Shown here: piece after piece, positions 51,180 through 63,501 of the stretch | Position numbering within the stretch: position 1 is the first letter of the stretch | How the letters are laid out: every line of letters starts with the position of its first letter | DNA from: Felis catus | Taxonomy: Eukaryota | Length of the DNA: 64,000 nucleotides | NCBI RefSeq assembly: GCF_018350175.1 | Contig: NC_058382.1 | Coordinates: forward strand, 56,236,001 to 56,300,000 | Reading direction: 5' to 3' | Position numbers and translations under genes: made by a program | Notes under the pieces: model-generated | Databases searched by the model: none | What the model was told of the DNA's origin: nothing | Seen by the model: the letters and a program-made list of their open reading frames with translations, nothing else

Positions 51180-52191
51180 AAATGACATAGAAAAATTAAA
51201 AAGCGGTTAGAACTTTTTTAAAACAGGAATGCAGAGCCGAGCGAAACTCCTGAAGAAATTTTAGGTAGGTGGACAAGTCCTGCGTTGTCATGACACTTTT
51301 TTTAAAAACTTTCCTCATGCATAGAATCTCTGTAGGAAGAAGTTTATGGAAACAGCACAAAGTTTCCCCAAATGTAAATGTCTCGTTGGCCACAAGTTCC
51401 TGTTATTTCAGACTTTATGCTGTTCATCTTCATTGTCCTGGAGTTGAGGGGAGATGCCTTCTGTTTATGTTTTTTTAATTATTTAAACTTATATTTTTTT
51501 ACGCATTCTGTAGATTTGGTCCTCACAACAGTGGCTTGAAGCAGATGGAGTTACATGTGTTTTATGAGTCAGGAACTGGAGATTCCCAGAAGCAGGAGGG
51601 TAGGGCTCAGGTCAAAGAGCCGGTCAAGTGTCACCATCAGTATTCAAATCTACAGTAATTCCCTGGGTCCAGTGTTTTATCCACCGCCTGTTTTCCAACA
51701 GCTGCTTGGGCCTTTTCAAGTAAAAGCAATATAGCTTCATCAGAGATAAATGTTCACCTAGGATGTTGGATAGAGTAAGATAATACGCTAGAAGGCACGT
51801 TTTTCTAGGCTCTCCGATACGCTTCTAACCTCTAATCTTTTATTATTACCATACATCAAATACGAGTGTATTCTGTGTGTAAATGTTGGGGTGATTGCCT
51901 CTTTTTAAACGCCGCTCTTACCTGGATGGTGGAGACGCTTGGTCACCAAGGTTTCATCAGTTAGCGTGGTTGCTCTTATCAGGGAGGAAATGGTATAGGA
52001 AAGTCCAAAGTGCTGAGAATTTTTTTTTAAACACAAAACAGAGTGAGGATCCTGAGGAAATTTGAGGTAGATGGACAAGCCATGTGTTATCATGATGCTT
52101 TTTTAAAACGTTCCTCAGAAATAGAACCTTTGGAAACAGAACCTAATGGAAACGACACAAAATTTCTAAATGTAAATGCCTCCTGGGCCAC
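51180..52191 (+). repeat. Diverged ~210-bp direct repeat (copies 51180-51393 and 51988-52191)
   Basis: Colinear blocks tcctga(a/g)gaaattt(t/g)aggtag(g/a)tggacaag, tttttaaaa, ttcctca, atagaa, atggaaac, cacaaa, aaatgtaaatg(t/c)ctc, ggccac. Confidence 0.85.
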
Positions 52192-52241
52192 TCTCTAAGA
52201 GTTTGGTTTTCATTTCTGATTCAAACAAACTCCAGTGACAA

Positions 52242-52307
52242 GAGATCACAGCCTTTGATACAGACCATAGATTGTATGTGAGATCATAGCCTTTGAAACA
52301 GACCATA
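52242..52307 (+). repeat. 28-bp direct repeat with 38-bp period
   Basis: gagatca(c/t)agcctttga(t/a)acagaccata at 52242-52269 and 52280-52307. Confidence 0.85.
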
Positions 52308-53188
52308 CATAGATGGTTTGCATTTGGTCCTTTGGTTGCAATACTAAAAAATTAGGTAGCCAAGAAACAGGGAGAGGATGTGCTGTTCATTCAGCCCTTC
52401 TCCACACAGCACATGGGTCAGTCAGACAACAGGGTCTTCACCCAAACTTTTAAGGCAGAATCCTGAGCACTTGGGAAAAAAGATTTCAAAGAGGAGTCTT
52501 ATGGCCAACCTTCTCTTCTCATCCACCCATGATGAATAGACATCTGTGGGCTGTTGGTCTCTGTGGCCAGGCTTGACCTGGGATAAATGCCTGGGTGGCA
52601 ACTCCCTGGGTGGCCTGGGGGCCACACAGTTGATACTATTTGACCCTCAACTCAACTGTTTGTTCAGGCAAAGCCAACTCTGGTGTCAAAGGGTCACATA
52701 GACAAAAGCAGGAAGCATTTTCTACCTGTGCCCACAGTTTAATCTCATTGGTTTGTCTTTTTTTCTCCCTCCTGTTAGCAGAAATAGAAAGCCCCAGAAA
52801 CCCACTAGGGGTGCTACATTAAAATAGTAATGATAACAACAACAACAATAGCAAAAGTACCTATATCCTACTCAGGTCCACAGCAGGGCCTGATATTTTT
52901 ATTTGTTGAATCTATCTTTCTTACAAAGGCAAGAGGTAGTAACAGCAATCATGAAGCAAATATTATGTCTATGTCACCGTCAAAGTATGATATTTTTTTA
53001 TTTTTTACAAAAAGTAACATTTTTGTTGACACCTGCTCTTCTTCCTCTATCATGAAAAAAAAAGATCAATTGTGAAAAAAAAAAAAAAAGGACGTTAATT
53101 AATCCCCTATATACAATCTCAGAATTTGAGTTATCAGTGGACTCATGCACTGGCAGAGAAAACTCAAATTCTGACAAAGATGGCATCT

Positions 53189-53412
53189 GTTTTTTAAAAA
53201 AATTTTTTTAACGTTTATTTATTTTTGAGACACAGAGAGACAGAGCATGAACAGGGGAGGGGCAGAGAGAGAGGGAGACACAGAATCTGAAACAGGCTCC
53301 AGGCTCTGAGCTGTCAGCACAGAGCCCGACACGGGGCTCGAACTCATGGACCGTGAGATCATGACCTGAGCCGAAGTCGGACGCTTAACCGACCGAGCCA
53401 TCCAGGTGCCCC
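53189..53412 (-). mobile_element. Can-SINE (SINEC_Fc type)
   Basis: TSD aaagatggcatct at 53176-53188 and 53413-53425. Confidence 0.94.
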
Positions 53413-54042
53413 AAAGATGGCATCTTAGTGCTCTTGGCAAGTCCTAATGTTCAGACTGGTGAACACAGATGGTGGGAGAGGCCTTGAAAAGGAGCAAGAT
53501 CTTCCCGAGGGGATGGAGTAATGCAAGTATTTCAGGGCTTTCCAAGGCCAGTGGGGCTTAAAAAATTGGAGACCATCCTCTAAGCAAGTTCAAAAATAAT
53601 CTCCATGAGTGAGAGATAGCCTTCCGTTGGACTGAGCTTACCGCCCTGACCACAGTGGCCCCGTTGGTTTCCCTCCTTAGGATTCAGAAGGGGCAATGGA
53701 TGGATCTTCCCTTCTGTTTAACATGTCTTCCACCAGTAGGAGAAAATTGGACCTGAGATCCAAGAGGGACTTTTTCTGTCCCCTGATGTCTACATAGTTT
53801 CTCCTGCCTCCCAGCTCTTTGTGGAAATCAGATAGTTCCTTCAATTTCCCATCTTTCTGCAGCAAGTCCTTTTGACAAAAGGCATGCATTGTCAACCAAC
53901 CCCTCAATATGTCGGAAAAATTGGGCTTCCGTTGACAGCAACTTTTTACAACTCCTCTCCTTTGAATTTGCAAAGCTATGAGCAATGGTGGTTCTCCAAG
54001 AGAATGAAGGAATGGTCCGAATAACCTAACCAGACTTTTTCT

Positions 54043-54277
54043 TTTCTTTTTTTTAAAAAAAAATTTTTTTAACATTTTTATTTATTTTTGAAAGACAGAG
54101 AGAGACAGAGCACAAGTGGGGGAGGGGCAGAGAGAGAGGGAGTCACAGAATCAGAAGCAGGCTCCAGGCTCTGAGCTGTCAGCACAGAGCCCGACTCAGG
54201 GCTCAAACCCACAAACTGTGAGATCATGACCTGAGCTGAAGTCAGACGCTCAACCGACTGAGCCCCCAAGGCGCCTC
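54043..54277 (-). mobile_element. Can-SINE (SINEC_Fc type)
   Basis: TSD aaccagactttttct at 54028-54042 and 54279-54293. Confidence 0.94.
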
Positions 54278-54909
54278 AAACCAGACTTTTTCTGAAGACT
54301 GCCCCTGCCCATTACTCGCACCAGATGCCTGTGACATGTGCCACTATTTTGTGTCAAGCCCGTGCTGTGAGATTTAAAATGGCAAATCAGGATGCATTGT
54401 TTTCTTCCTTTCGCTGTCCATCCTCACAAACCTCACTTAACACAGATAACTGAGGCTTGACTGCTTTGTTATTCCAAGTTTCTTATTCAGTTTGGATCTT
54501 GTTAGCAAAGCCTAAGCCCTAAAAGCATGACCCTCAGTCTTTTTGCCTTGTTTTCTTATGATTTCCTCTTTTACTCAGGCCTTTGGATAGTATTTTCTCT
54601 AAAGAGGCAAAAAAAAAAAAAAAAAAAAAAAAAAAGTTAAGAAAGAAGACCCAGAAATTGAATGAAAGAGAAATCAATGAAAATGATGATAATGATAATA
54701 ATTCCCCCTATGTTTTTCTTCAAATTCAATGTAAGTCTTACGATTTTGGTGTTGGTTTATTAGGTAAAATAAAATTACATGCTCCATAAGGACAGGAGCT
54801 GTAACAGACTTGCTCGTTGCTACAAATCTAGTACTTACCATAATTCCTGACACTGAGTGCCCTCTTGCTGAATGAGGAAACAAACGCCAGAAATGGAATG
54901 GATACTGAT

Positions 54910-55145
54910 GTTAATAACGCTGATCAGGGCCAGCATTACTTAGCTCTAACTCAGTGCCAGGCACCACTCTTAGCCCATTTCTTCTGTTGAGCCATTTTAA
55001 TCTTTACCGAAACTCTATGAAATAGGCACTGTTATCTTCATTTCACAGATGAAGAAAGTAAGACTTGGAAAACATCTGTGACTTACCCATTCTAGTCCTA
55101 CAACTAGCATATTTCAGAGCCATGCTTGGTGCTCAGACTACTCAA
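54910..55145 (-). mobile_element. MIR
   Basis: gtgccaggcacc…ctatgaaataggcactgttatcttcatttcacagatgaagaaa…gtgacttaccca. Confidence 0.75.
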
Positions 55146-55149
55146 AAAT

Positions 55150-55570
55150 ATATTTTAACAGAACATCTTCTGCTTTTTTTGTCAAGATAGAGAAATATGA
55201 ACCGAATATTATTACCAAATATTAGTAAAGTAAATTCAGATTGGTTGAATAGTTGCATCCAAAAGTTCTAAAAGATAATCTATGTCAGCCAATAGAATGG
55301 TTTCTATGCATGCAGTCAGTGTCCCTAGCTGATAGAGTTCATCCCCAGTGATGGAAATGAAAAATTAAGACATGTTTTTAGTTTGTAACTTTCACAGATC
55401 TGGGATCCTAACTGGATGATAGACTAGAGGTTCAAAATGAACTCAGGTGCCTGTAAGATGGGCTGAAATTAGTAAGCCAATAACCATAGGTACATATGTG
55501 AAGCCTCATTTACAGGCAAGCAGATTTCTGTAAGACAGGATAGGGGTGATGTGGAAAGGACTTGGTTGAT
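55150..55570 (+). mobile_element. CR1/L3 LINE reverse-transcriptase fossil
   Basis: caagatagagaaatatg…tggttgaatagttgcatccaaa…ctggatgatagactagaggttcaaaatga…gatgggctgaaa follows recalled L3 RT consensus in order. Confidence 0.6.
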
Positions 55571-56267
55571 GAGGCATTCACTCTTATGGAGCCTCAGCAA
55601 CTCCCTCTCAGCAGGTTTCTGCCTTTATTGCGACTGTGCAATTACTCACCTTTAATTGATTGCTCATCACCTTGAGCACCACTCCAAGACTTCCCCATTG
55701 GTCTTAAGCAATAAGCTCTACCCCGTTGCCTACAATATCTACAGCTGGCCTTGCATTTCCCTCTGCTTTATATAAAGTTTCTACCCTCCAGCTTGGGCTT
55801 TCCCAATTCCATCCTCCACTCTACCCACCTCCAGGCTTTCTCTCCCCTCCCAAAGGAAGACCGATTCTCCCTCTTCATGACACATCCCTTCACTTGTGCT
55901 CCTGAACCCACTCCTTTGTACTTCTGTTTTCATCACGTGCTCCCCTCTCCCTGTTATCCCGTCAGGTGTTTGCTCCTCTCTGAATCCTCCCCATCTTCAG
56001 ACATGCTCAGATCTCCCCACCTTGGACAGATTTCCCCCAAGCTGTTGCACCTTTCCTAGCACCAATCTTCTGGAACACATAGCCTTCACTCAACACCTCT
56101 GCTTCCACCCAAGCCGACAAGTCAGTGTTTCAAAATGGGGCTCCTACCCTCAACATTTTGGGGCAAGTGTTCTCTTTGGAAGATCGTAGAAAGTGAGCAG
56201 TGGATTTCCTTAAACGTTTTCTTAGTCCTAAGCCCACGTGGATTCACTGAAGCATTTGGCAACTTAT

Positions 56268-56920
56268 TTTTTCATTTTTAAAATGTTTGTTTTATTGAAG
56301 GGAAATACATTTAATATGAAGTTACCATTTCAAGTGAACACATTAGTGACATTTAATACATTCATGATGTGCAACTACCACCTCTGTCGAGTTCCAAAAT
56401 ATTTTATCTCTATCCCCCACAAATAAAATCTCTTACTCATGAAGTACTTGATCCCCACACCTACCCACCCTGCCCCCGTTCCCTGGCAACCACCAATCTG
56501 CATTTTGTTTCTGAAAATTTACCTGTTCTGGATACTTCATATAAATGGCACCATACAACATGATCACTGGCTTCTTCCACTTAGCATAATGTCTTCAAGG
56601 TTCATCCACGTTGTACCTATGGCAGTGTTTCATTTTTTTTTTTTTATGGCTGAGTAATATTACTTTGTGTGGATCATCCACAATTTATCCATTCATCTAC
56701 TAATGGCCATTTGGGCTGTTTGGACCTTTTGGCTATTGTGAATAGTGCTGTTCTGAAAATGTATGTACAAGTGTTTGTTTAAGTGCTGGTTTTCAATCCT
56801 TTTATATTTATACCTAGGAGTGGTTGCTGGGCCATATGGTAATTCTATGTTTAACTTTCTTGAGGAACCACCGAACTGTTTTCCACAGCAGTGGAACCGC
56901 TTTACATTCCCACCACAGCC
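56268..56920 (-). mobile_element. L1MB-like 3' end
   Basis: ccctggcaaccaccaatctg…cttcttccacttagcataatgt…tcaaggttcatccacgttgta…atggtaattctatgtttaactt. Confidence 0.88.
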
Positions 56921-57238
56921 TTTGATAATTTTGAAATGCTCTCTCCTTTGCCTTCAAAAACACTACACCATCCTTGTTCACCCCCTCCTTCTGTATATGG
57001 CAACCCCTTATATTCTTCCAACTCTGTCTCCTCTTCTCACTCTTCCTGCCATTGGAGGTCCATTATTAGCCTTTTATCTCAGTTTTCCTCTGCTGTTTTC
57101 TATCATTCTCAACAATTTTCATCCAACTTAGTGGCTTTAAATATCCTCCATGTAGGGTGTCTACCAATTCATGGCTCCATTTCTCACCTTGGGTTTTTCA
57201 TTCCTACCTGCCCACAGGGCATATTTTCTTGCCTCTCA

Positions 57239-57239
<1 letters not shown>

Positions 57240-57277
<38 letters not shown>
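57240..57277. repeat. (TG)n microsatellite
   Basis: Direct reading. Confidence 0.92.
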
Positions 57278-57280
<3 letters not shown>

Positions 57281-57504
57281 TCATGCACAAACATCTAAAC
57301 CTTAGCTTCCTGGGTTCTCTATTTCTCACAGTGCCATCCTTGTTCTTCCCAGGCATCCAAGCTCACAGCCTTAGATTTATCTTTGATGTCTTATCACCTG
57401 GGAGGCCAGTAGCATTTCGCATTCTTTCTTCCTTCCAGGTGGTTTTTACCTGTACACTCTGCTGCACTGCAATAGCTACATTTGGTTTAGGCATCATATC
57501 CTTT

Positions 57505-57723
57505 CATTTTAATGCTAATTTTTATTTTTAAGAGAGAGAGAGTGAGAGAGAGCAAGTATGCACGAGCACAGGAGGGGCAGAGAGAGAAGGAGAGAATTCC
57601 AAACAGGCTCCATGCTGTCAATGCAGAGCCCAATGTGGGTCTGGATCTCATGAAGTATGAGATCATGACCTGAGCCCAAATCAAGAGTTGGATGCTTAAC
57701 AGACTGAGCCACCCAGGCAGCCC
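57505..57723 (-). mobile_element. Can-SINE
   Basis: TSD aggcatcatat(c/t)cttt at 57489-57504 and 57724-57739. Confidence 0.92.
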
Positions 57724-58213
57724 AGGCATCATATTCTTTTATCTGGCCTATGGCAAGAAATACTGGATGGCATCTGTATTAAGTCTCTTCCTTTGTTCCT
57801 CTCTTCCTTTGTGATCCAAACCACATGCCTATGACTGCTGAACTGTCTTCCTCCAGAACAGCTGGGAACATATCATGCCCCGTTCAAAGGCTACCAAGGA
57901 CTTCTCATGCCTACTGAGTGACATTCATATTGACCCCAAACTGGCTTTGTCACGTTTACCCATCACTCCTCTCCACCACACCTGGGAGCCTCCCCAAGTA
58001 AGCTGCTTATCCCTGCATGCTTCAAATAATACGAGTTCTTCCACATCTATCTTTCAGGAGGTATAAATGGTTGCCCTAAGTACAGTAATGAGAACCAGAT
58101 TAGGACTTGTGATATCAGGGGAGCCACTGGCCTACTATTTAATAATGTTTATTTTAGCCAAACAAATCAAATACTAAATGTCAATAGGTGAACTGGTTGC
58201 TATGGATTTCTTC

Positions 58214-58251
<38 letters not shown>

Positions 58252-58290
58252 GTACATATATACATATATATGGCATTTATGGTATATGCG
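58214..58290. repeat. Interrupted (TA)n repeat
   Basis: Direct reading. Confidence 0.88.
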
Positions 58291-58728
58291 TATATACATA
58301 CATACATATTTGTAATTAGTCCTGTGCAAATAATATTGCAGAAGCATGATATGCTTGCAAGTCTTACAGATTACATAATTGACCCTAATTGCGCATGAGG
58401 CGCTTTATAATCTGGATTTTATTAAAATGCTCAGGACCCTTTGCAAACATGCTAGGGCTGCCACTTAAAGTGAGATCTCTCGGGAGATTTGTATTTATTT
58501 GACCACCCCATCAGAGGTGAGTCTCACTCCACCTGCCACCAACATAGCTCTAGGTAGACCTTAGAGTACCTCGCACACTATTTATTATCTCATTAAGAAC
58601 GAAGTATTCAAATTCCTGAGGGAGACTAAAACCCCAATTTGGAACGTTTCCCCTGAGGGAAACAGCTCTGAGACTTACTTCTTTCTTTGATTTATTCACA
58701 CTGTGGCTTCTTTGGTCAGCCATTTAGG

Positions 58729-58732
<4 letters not shown>

Positions 58733-58765
<33 letters not shown>
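58733..58765. repeat. (TG)n microsatellite
   Basis: Direct reading. Confidence 0.92.
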
Positions 58766-58769
<4 letters not shown>

Positions 58770-59999
58770 GTTGTTTGGTTAACTTGGTCCTTGTGATGCT
58801 AATACTCTCCTGTCATGTGGAAATGAGAATAATTCAGATATTGTAAGAGAAGAAGAATGGTTAGATAAATTAGAAGCATGAATAATTTATGGAGAAATAA
58901 TTCAAGAAGCTAACTATATTGTACCTTCTCTGCTTACTTCATGAATGATCCATATGCCAAATCCATACGAGTTAATGTTTATTTCTAGAAACCTTTACCA
59001 AAATGAGCAAGAAGTAGTAAATGTCTCATTATCCTTTCAGAGTGCCTAATGATACATTATTTTCTGTTATAAAACCTCAAGTTTTCGGAATGCATTGTTA
59101 TAAATTCAAACTGTCGACATTTTTTAGACAAGAAATAGCACAGCATCCTATAGAAATAAGATGTAAGATTAACAATTCAGGTTCATATATTTTCATCTCT
59201 TCCTGAATTCTGCCACACAATCCATATTTTTTACAGAAAATATGCTACGAAGACCCATAAAACATTTCCGAACATTAAGAAAAGCAAGGATGGAACTTTC
59301 AGAAATGAAACTTTAAATAAGAACAATGGAAAATACAGATCACCAGCAATTATTAATAAAATAGACATTTTATAAAAGAGTATTTGGGGGAAGGAAATAG
59401 GTTGTATGTGTTGGGCCAGAGCCTAAAAATATCGATTTTTCTTTCCACGTAAGCAACCTAGTGGGAAATGCCAAAAAGTGAAACATTTAAGACCTAAGAC
59501 ACGAGAGTCAAATTTTCTGGGTTTAACTCTCAGCTCTGGAATTCCCAACTCTGCCTTGCGATTTGTGAAAAATTCTTTTTTTACTTTTATAAGACTTACT
59601 TTTTCTGTCTGTGAAATGAGAATGAAAATAATACCTCCTAGGGTTAATATGAGAACTGAATGAGATCCAACATGGAAAGTTCTTAAAGCAGTGCCTGGAG
59701 CACTGTAGGTACGAAATACTAATATCTGGTAAAGAGAGAATGACCGGAGATGGTTACTAACACGTACGTGTAGGGACAGTGCCCAGGACAGGGAGTTCTG
59801 GCTTTCCCTGTAACTTACTACAACAGCTGAGTGCCTGTCTTCAGCTTAATAGGGGACTTACTAGGTGCCACAAGGTCCCAGTGTTTCTTTCTCAACCTTT
59901 TTGGGCATCTATGTGTCCTTGTTTTTAGAAAGCCTCTCTCTTTTTCATCAGAAGACAGACTTATATTAAGGTAGTGCAAACAGGATCTGTTCAGATGAG

Positions 60000-62640
60000 G
60001 ACCCAGGAATATAAGTTGATAAATACTCCAATTAAAAGCAAATGTTATTGGACTACATTTTAAAACAACAGGTATATATTGCTTAATTTAGATATAGCTT
60101 AACGTAAGCATACAGAAAAATGGAAAGTAAAAGAATTTAAATGAATTCACCATTTAAATATTAACCAAAAGAAAGTTGGAGTGGCTATGCTATTATCAGG
60201 GGAAATAGAAGTTAAAGAAGGATCATTACAGATAAAAAGGCATATTTCACAATTATAAAACCGTTCAACTGGAAGATATAACAATCCTAAATTTGGATGC
60301 ACCCAATAACAAATATAAAACAAGGCATATATAAGGTAGAACTAATGGCAGAAATAGAAAAACTCATAATCATAACTAGAAGTTTTAATACACCACTTAG
60401 GAGCTAATATACAGTGTAAATATAAATAAGGATAATAAAAATTTCAATACCATGGGTAGAACACTATACCTAAAAACTTCAGAATATACATTTTTTTCAG
60501 GTACACATGAAATAGTTACAAATATATCATATTCTGATCATAAAGTACCTCTCAACAAATTTCAAAAAATAGAAATCATACAGAATGTGTGTTCTGACCA
60601 CTGCTGATTTAAACTAGAAATGAATAAGAAAAATAAAACCAGATGATCCCCACATGTTTGAAAACTAAGTAATATACTTTGACATAGTCCATGGGCAAAA
60701 GGAGACATAATAGTAGACAATAGAAAGCCCTTGGAATATAACATAATGAAAATAAAACATAAAACTTGTGGGACACAGATAAAGTGGAGGAAACATGTAT
60801 AGCTTTGAATGCATAATTAGGAAAGCTGAAAATAAATGATCTAAATCAAAGAAGAATGGCAAATTTAACTCTGAGAAAATAGGGGTAAGGAAATAATAAA
60901 GATAAAAATATAAGTCAGCAATATAGATAGTAGATAGAGATAGATAGGAATCCATGCAGTAAGTCCCCAAGTTGGTTCTTTGAAACATTCATAGAGAAGC
61001 CCCAGTAAGGATAACCGAGAAAGAGAAACAGACACAATTACCACTTAAAGGGATGAAAAAGGAAATATCTCAGCAAGGATTATCCATTTATTTTATTTTT
61101 ATTGATTTACTTTTAATTTGAGAGAGTGAGAGAGTGCATGAGTGGGAAAGAGGGACAGAGGGGGAGAGAAAAAAGAGAGAGAGAGAGAGAGAGAGAGGGA
61201 GAATCCCAAGCAGGCTCCACATTCAGCATGGAGCCCAACACTGGGCTGGTTGCCAGGAACCTGAGCTGAAATCGAGAGTCAGAAGCTCAACCCACTGAGC
61301 CAGCCAGATGCCCTATGGGATTCTTCAAGTATAAAAACGACAAAAGAACAAGGGTCATTGTGAATATATTTGTGAAAATCGATTTGAAAATTAAAACGAA
61401 CCAACAAATTCTCTCAAAAAATAAAAACTAAGCTTACCAGACATACACAAGAAGAAATTGAAAACCTCAGTAGTCCTGTGTCTATTAAATTACATCTCTA
61501 TAGGTTACAAGAGCTCCAGGCCAAATGACTTCCTTCATCATGAATTCTACCAGACGTTTAGGGAAGAAACTAAACCAATCTTATAAAAATCATCCAGAAA
61601 CTAGAAAAAGTTTCAATAAGGGCAGTGTAACCTTCACCACAATAGCTGATGTGGACTTTAAAAGAAAAGAAAATTATAAGCCAATTTATCTTAAGTATGT
61701 AAATGAGATGATGAGTACATCAGATTTCACTAAAAGCAGAAAATTGTGCTCATCCAAATACACCATTCAGGAGAAGGAAAGGTAGGCTATAGAGTAGGAA
61801 AATATTTGTAATAAATATCTCTCTTATATAACATTTACCCAGTATCGATTAACAATGCCTACAAAGCAGTAACAAAATGGTAGATGACCCAATTAAAAAT
61901 GAGTAATGAATTTTAATGAGCTTTTACAAAATAAGAGCCAAATCACCACTAAACATATAAAAAGGGCTTTTAGAGTCATTAGTCATGAGGGAAATGCAAA
62001 GTTAAAACCACAGAGATTATACCAAAATACGATTACAGACACACACCAAAATGGCTTAGAAATTTAGCAACTAACAATACCAAGTGTTGGCAAGGATGTG
62101 CAGCAATTGAAACCCTCACACACCACAAAGTGAATATCCCATGACCTAGAAATTTCACTCCCGAGGCTACACCTGACAGAACTTGAAAGACACTTTCAGG
62201 ATGATCAGAACGCTGTGCATAAAAATCCAAACTGGAAGCACCCCAAAAGCCCATCAAGAGACAAAGGGATACATTTTCATATGTACATGAGTATTTTGTG
62301 GCAATAGAAAAAAAAACCCTACTATTATGTTCAGGAACCTCACAGACATAACATTGCATGACCAGGAGTCAGATATGACAGACTAGCCCATGTAGACAAA
62401 GTTCAGCAGTGGGCAGAACTATCCTACATAGTAAACCTCAGAACACGAGTTACCTTTGTAAGGGTGATGACTGAAAGGGGGCATCAGGACATTTCTGGGG
62501 CAATGACAGTTTTCTGTATCTTATTCTCCATGGTGATTGTATAGGTTTATTGCAAAAAAAAATTCATCAAACTGTACACATACATGTTTGCAGTCTCATA
62601 TATGAATGATAAATATTATGCTCCAATTTAAAAGTTGAAA
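60000..62640 (+). mobile_element. Degraded old L1 (ORF2 endonuclease through 3' UTR, with large internal deletions)
   Basis: From 60163 it reads NQKKVGVAMLLSGEIEVK (L1 EN QKKAGVAIL-SDK); NLDAPNN near 60290 (NIYAPN); LNKFQKIEIIQNVCSDH near 60551; later gggaaatgcaaagttaaaacca and accaagtgttggcaaggatgtg; many stops and frameshifts. Confidence 0.88.
61087..61313 (-). mobile_element. Older Can-SINE inserted in the L1
   Basis: gaatcccaagcaggctccac…ctgagctgaaatcgagagtc…actgagccagccagatgccc. Confidence 0.88.
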
Positions 62641-63058
62641 GTAAATACAAGAAAAGTGGCATTTGGATGCCTCTTCCTTTTGGTGAGTTAGCAAATATTT
62701 CTTATTCTCTTCATTGTGAGGAGAATGAATACCCACCACTGAAGCTGTTATCTGACTCCTCAGTCTGACACATGAACCCCTTTAAGACCGGGTGTTAGTA
62801 TCCATTCTAGACCCTTCCTTCTGACTTGCTTCATCTTCTATCTTCCTGAGAACTGTCAATGCTCATCACAAACCATGGGACATAAAATAGCCTGTTCTGG
62901 GAGTGGTGGAGGACAGGAGATGAAGCCAGTGTCAAGCATGTGTGTATTGTTCATACCATTCACACAGAAGAATGTTGGTGCTTAAACTTGGACACAGCCC
63001 TTTCTTAATACCAATTGTAAGATACATCCCTAACTTTTAGAGACATTAAAAAGGGCTA

Positions 63059-63277
63059 GGGTGCCTGGGTGGCTCAGTTGGCTAAGCATCCAACTCTTGG
63101 TTTTGGCTCAGGTCATGATCTCATGGTTCATGAGCTTGAGCCCCACATCAGGCTCTGTGCTGACAGCGTGGATCCTGCTTGTGATTCTCTCTCTTCCTCT
63201 CTCTCTGCCCCTCATCCACTTGTGCTCACTCTCTCTCTCTCCAAATAAATAAACTTAAAAAAAAAACTTAAAAAAAA
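63059..63277 (+). mobile_element. Can-SINE, probably inserted in a MER104-like fragment
   Basis: SINEC head and tail; outer TSD tagagacattaaaa(a/t)ggg(c/t)ta at 63038-63058 and 63502-63522. Confidence 0.92.
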
Positions 63278-63288
63278 TAGAGACATTA

Positions 63289-63501
63289 GGGCGTGTGGGT
63301 GGCTCCGTCGGTTAAGCGTCTGACTTCAGGGCATGGTGTCACGGTTCATGGGTTTGAGTCCCACGTCGGGCTCTGTGCTGATGGCTCAGAGCCTGGAGCC
63401 TGTTTTGCATTCTGTGTCTCCCTCTCTCTCTGCCCCTCCCCTTTTGCACGCTGTATCTCTCTCTCTCTCAAAAATGAATAAATGTTAAAAAGAAAAAAAA
63501 A
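63289..63501 (+). mobile_element. Can-SINE inserted at the tail/TSD junction of the previous copy
   Basis: aaaaaaatagagacatta on both sides (ending at 63288 and 63512). Confidence 0.92.

Larger units (their letters stand above)
55640..57920 (+). mobile_element. L2 LINE remnant, interrupted by an L1, (TG)n and a SINE
   Basis: C/T-rich L2-like segments either side of the L1 insertion (acatgctcagatctcccc; gtggctttaaatatcctcca; atcatgccccgttcaaa). Confidence 0.55.

Noticed and set aside
60000..62640. Active L1 or functional endonuclease/RT gene
   Set aside because: Many stops and frameshifts, most of the RT region missing, and a SINE inserted.
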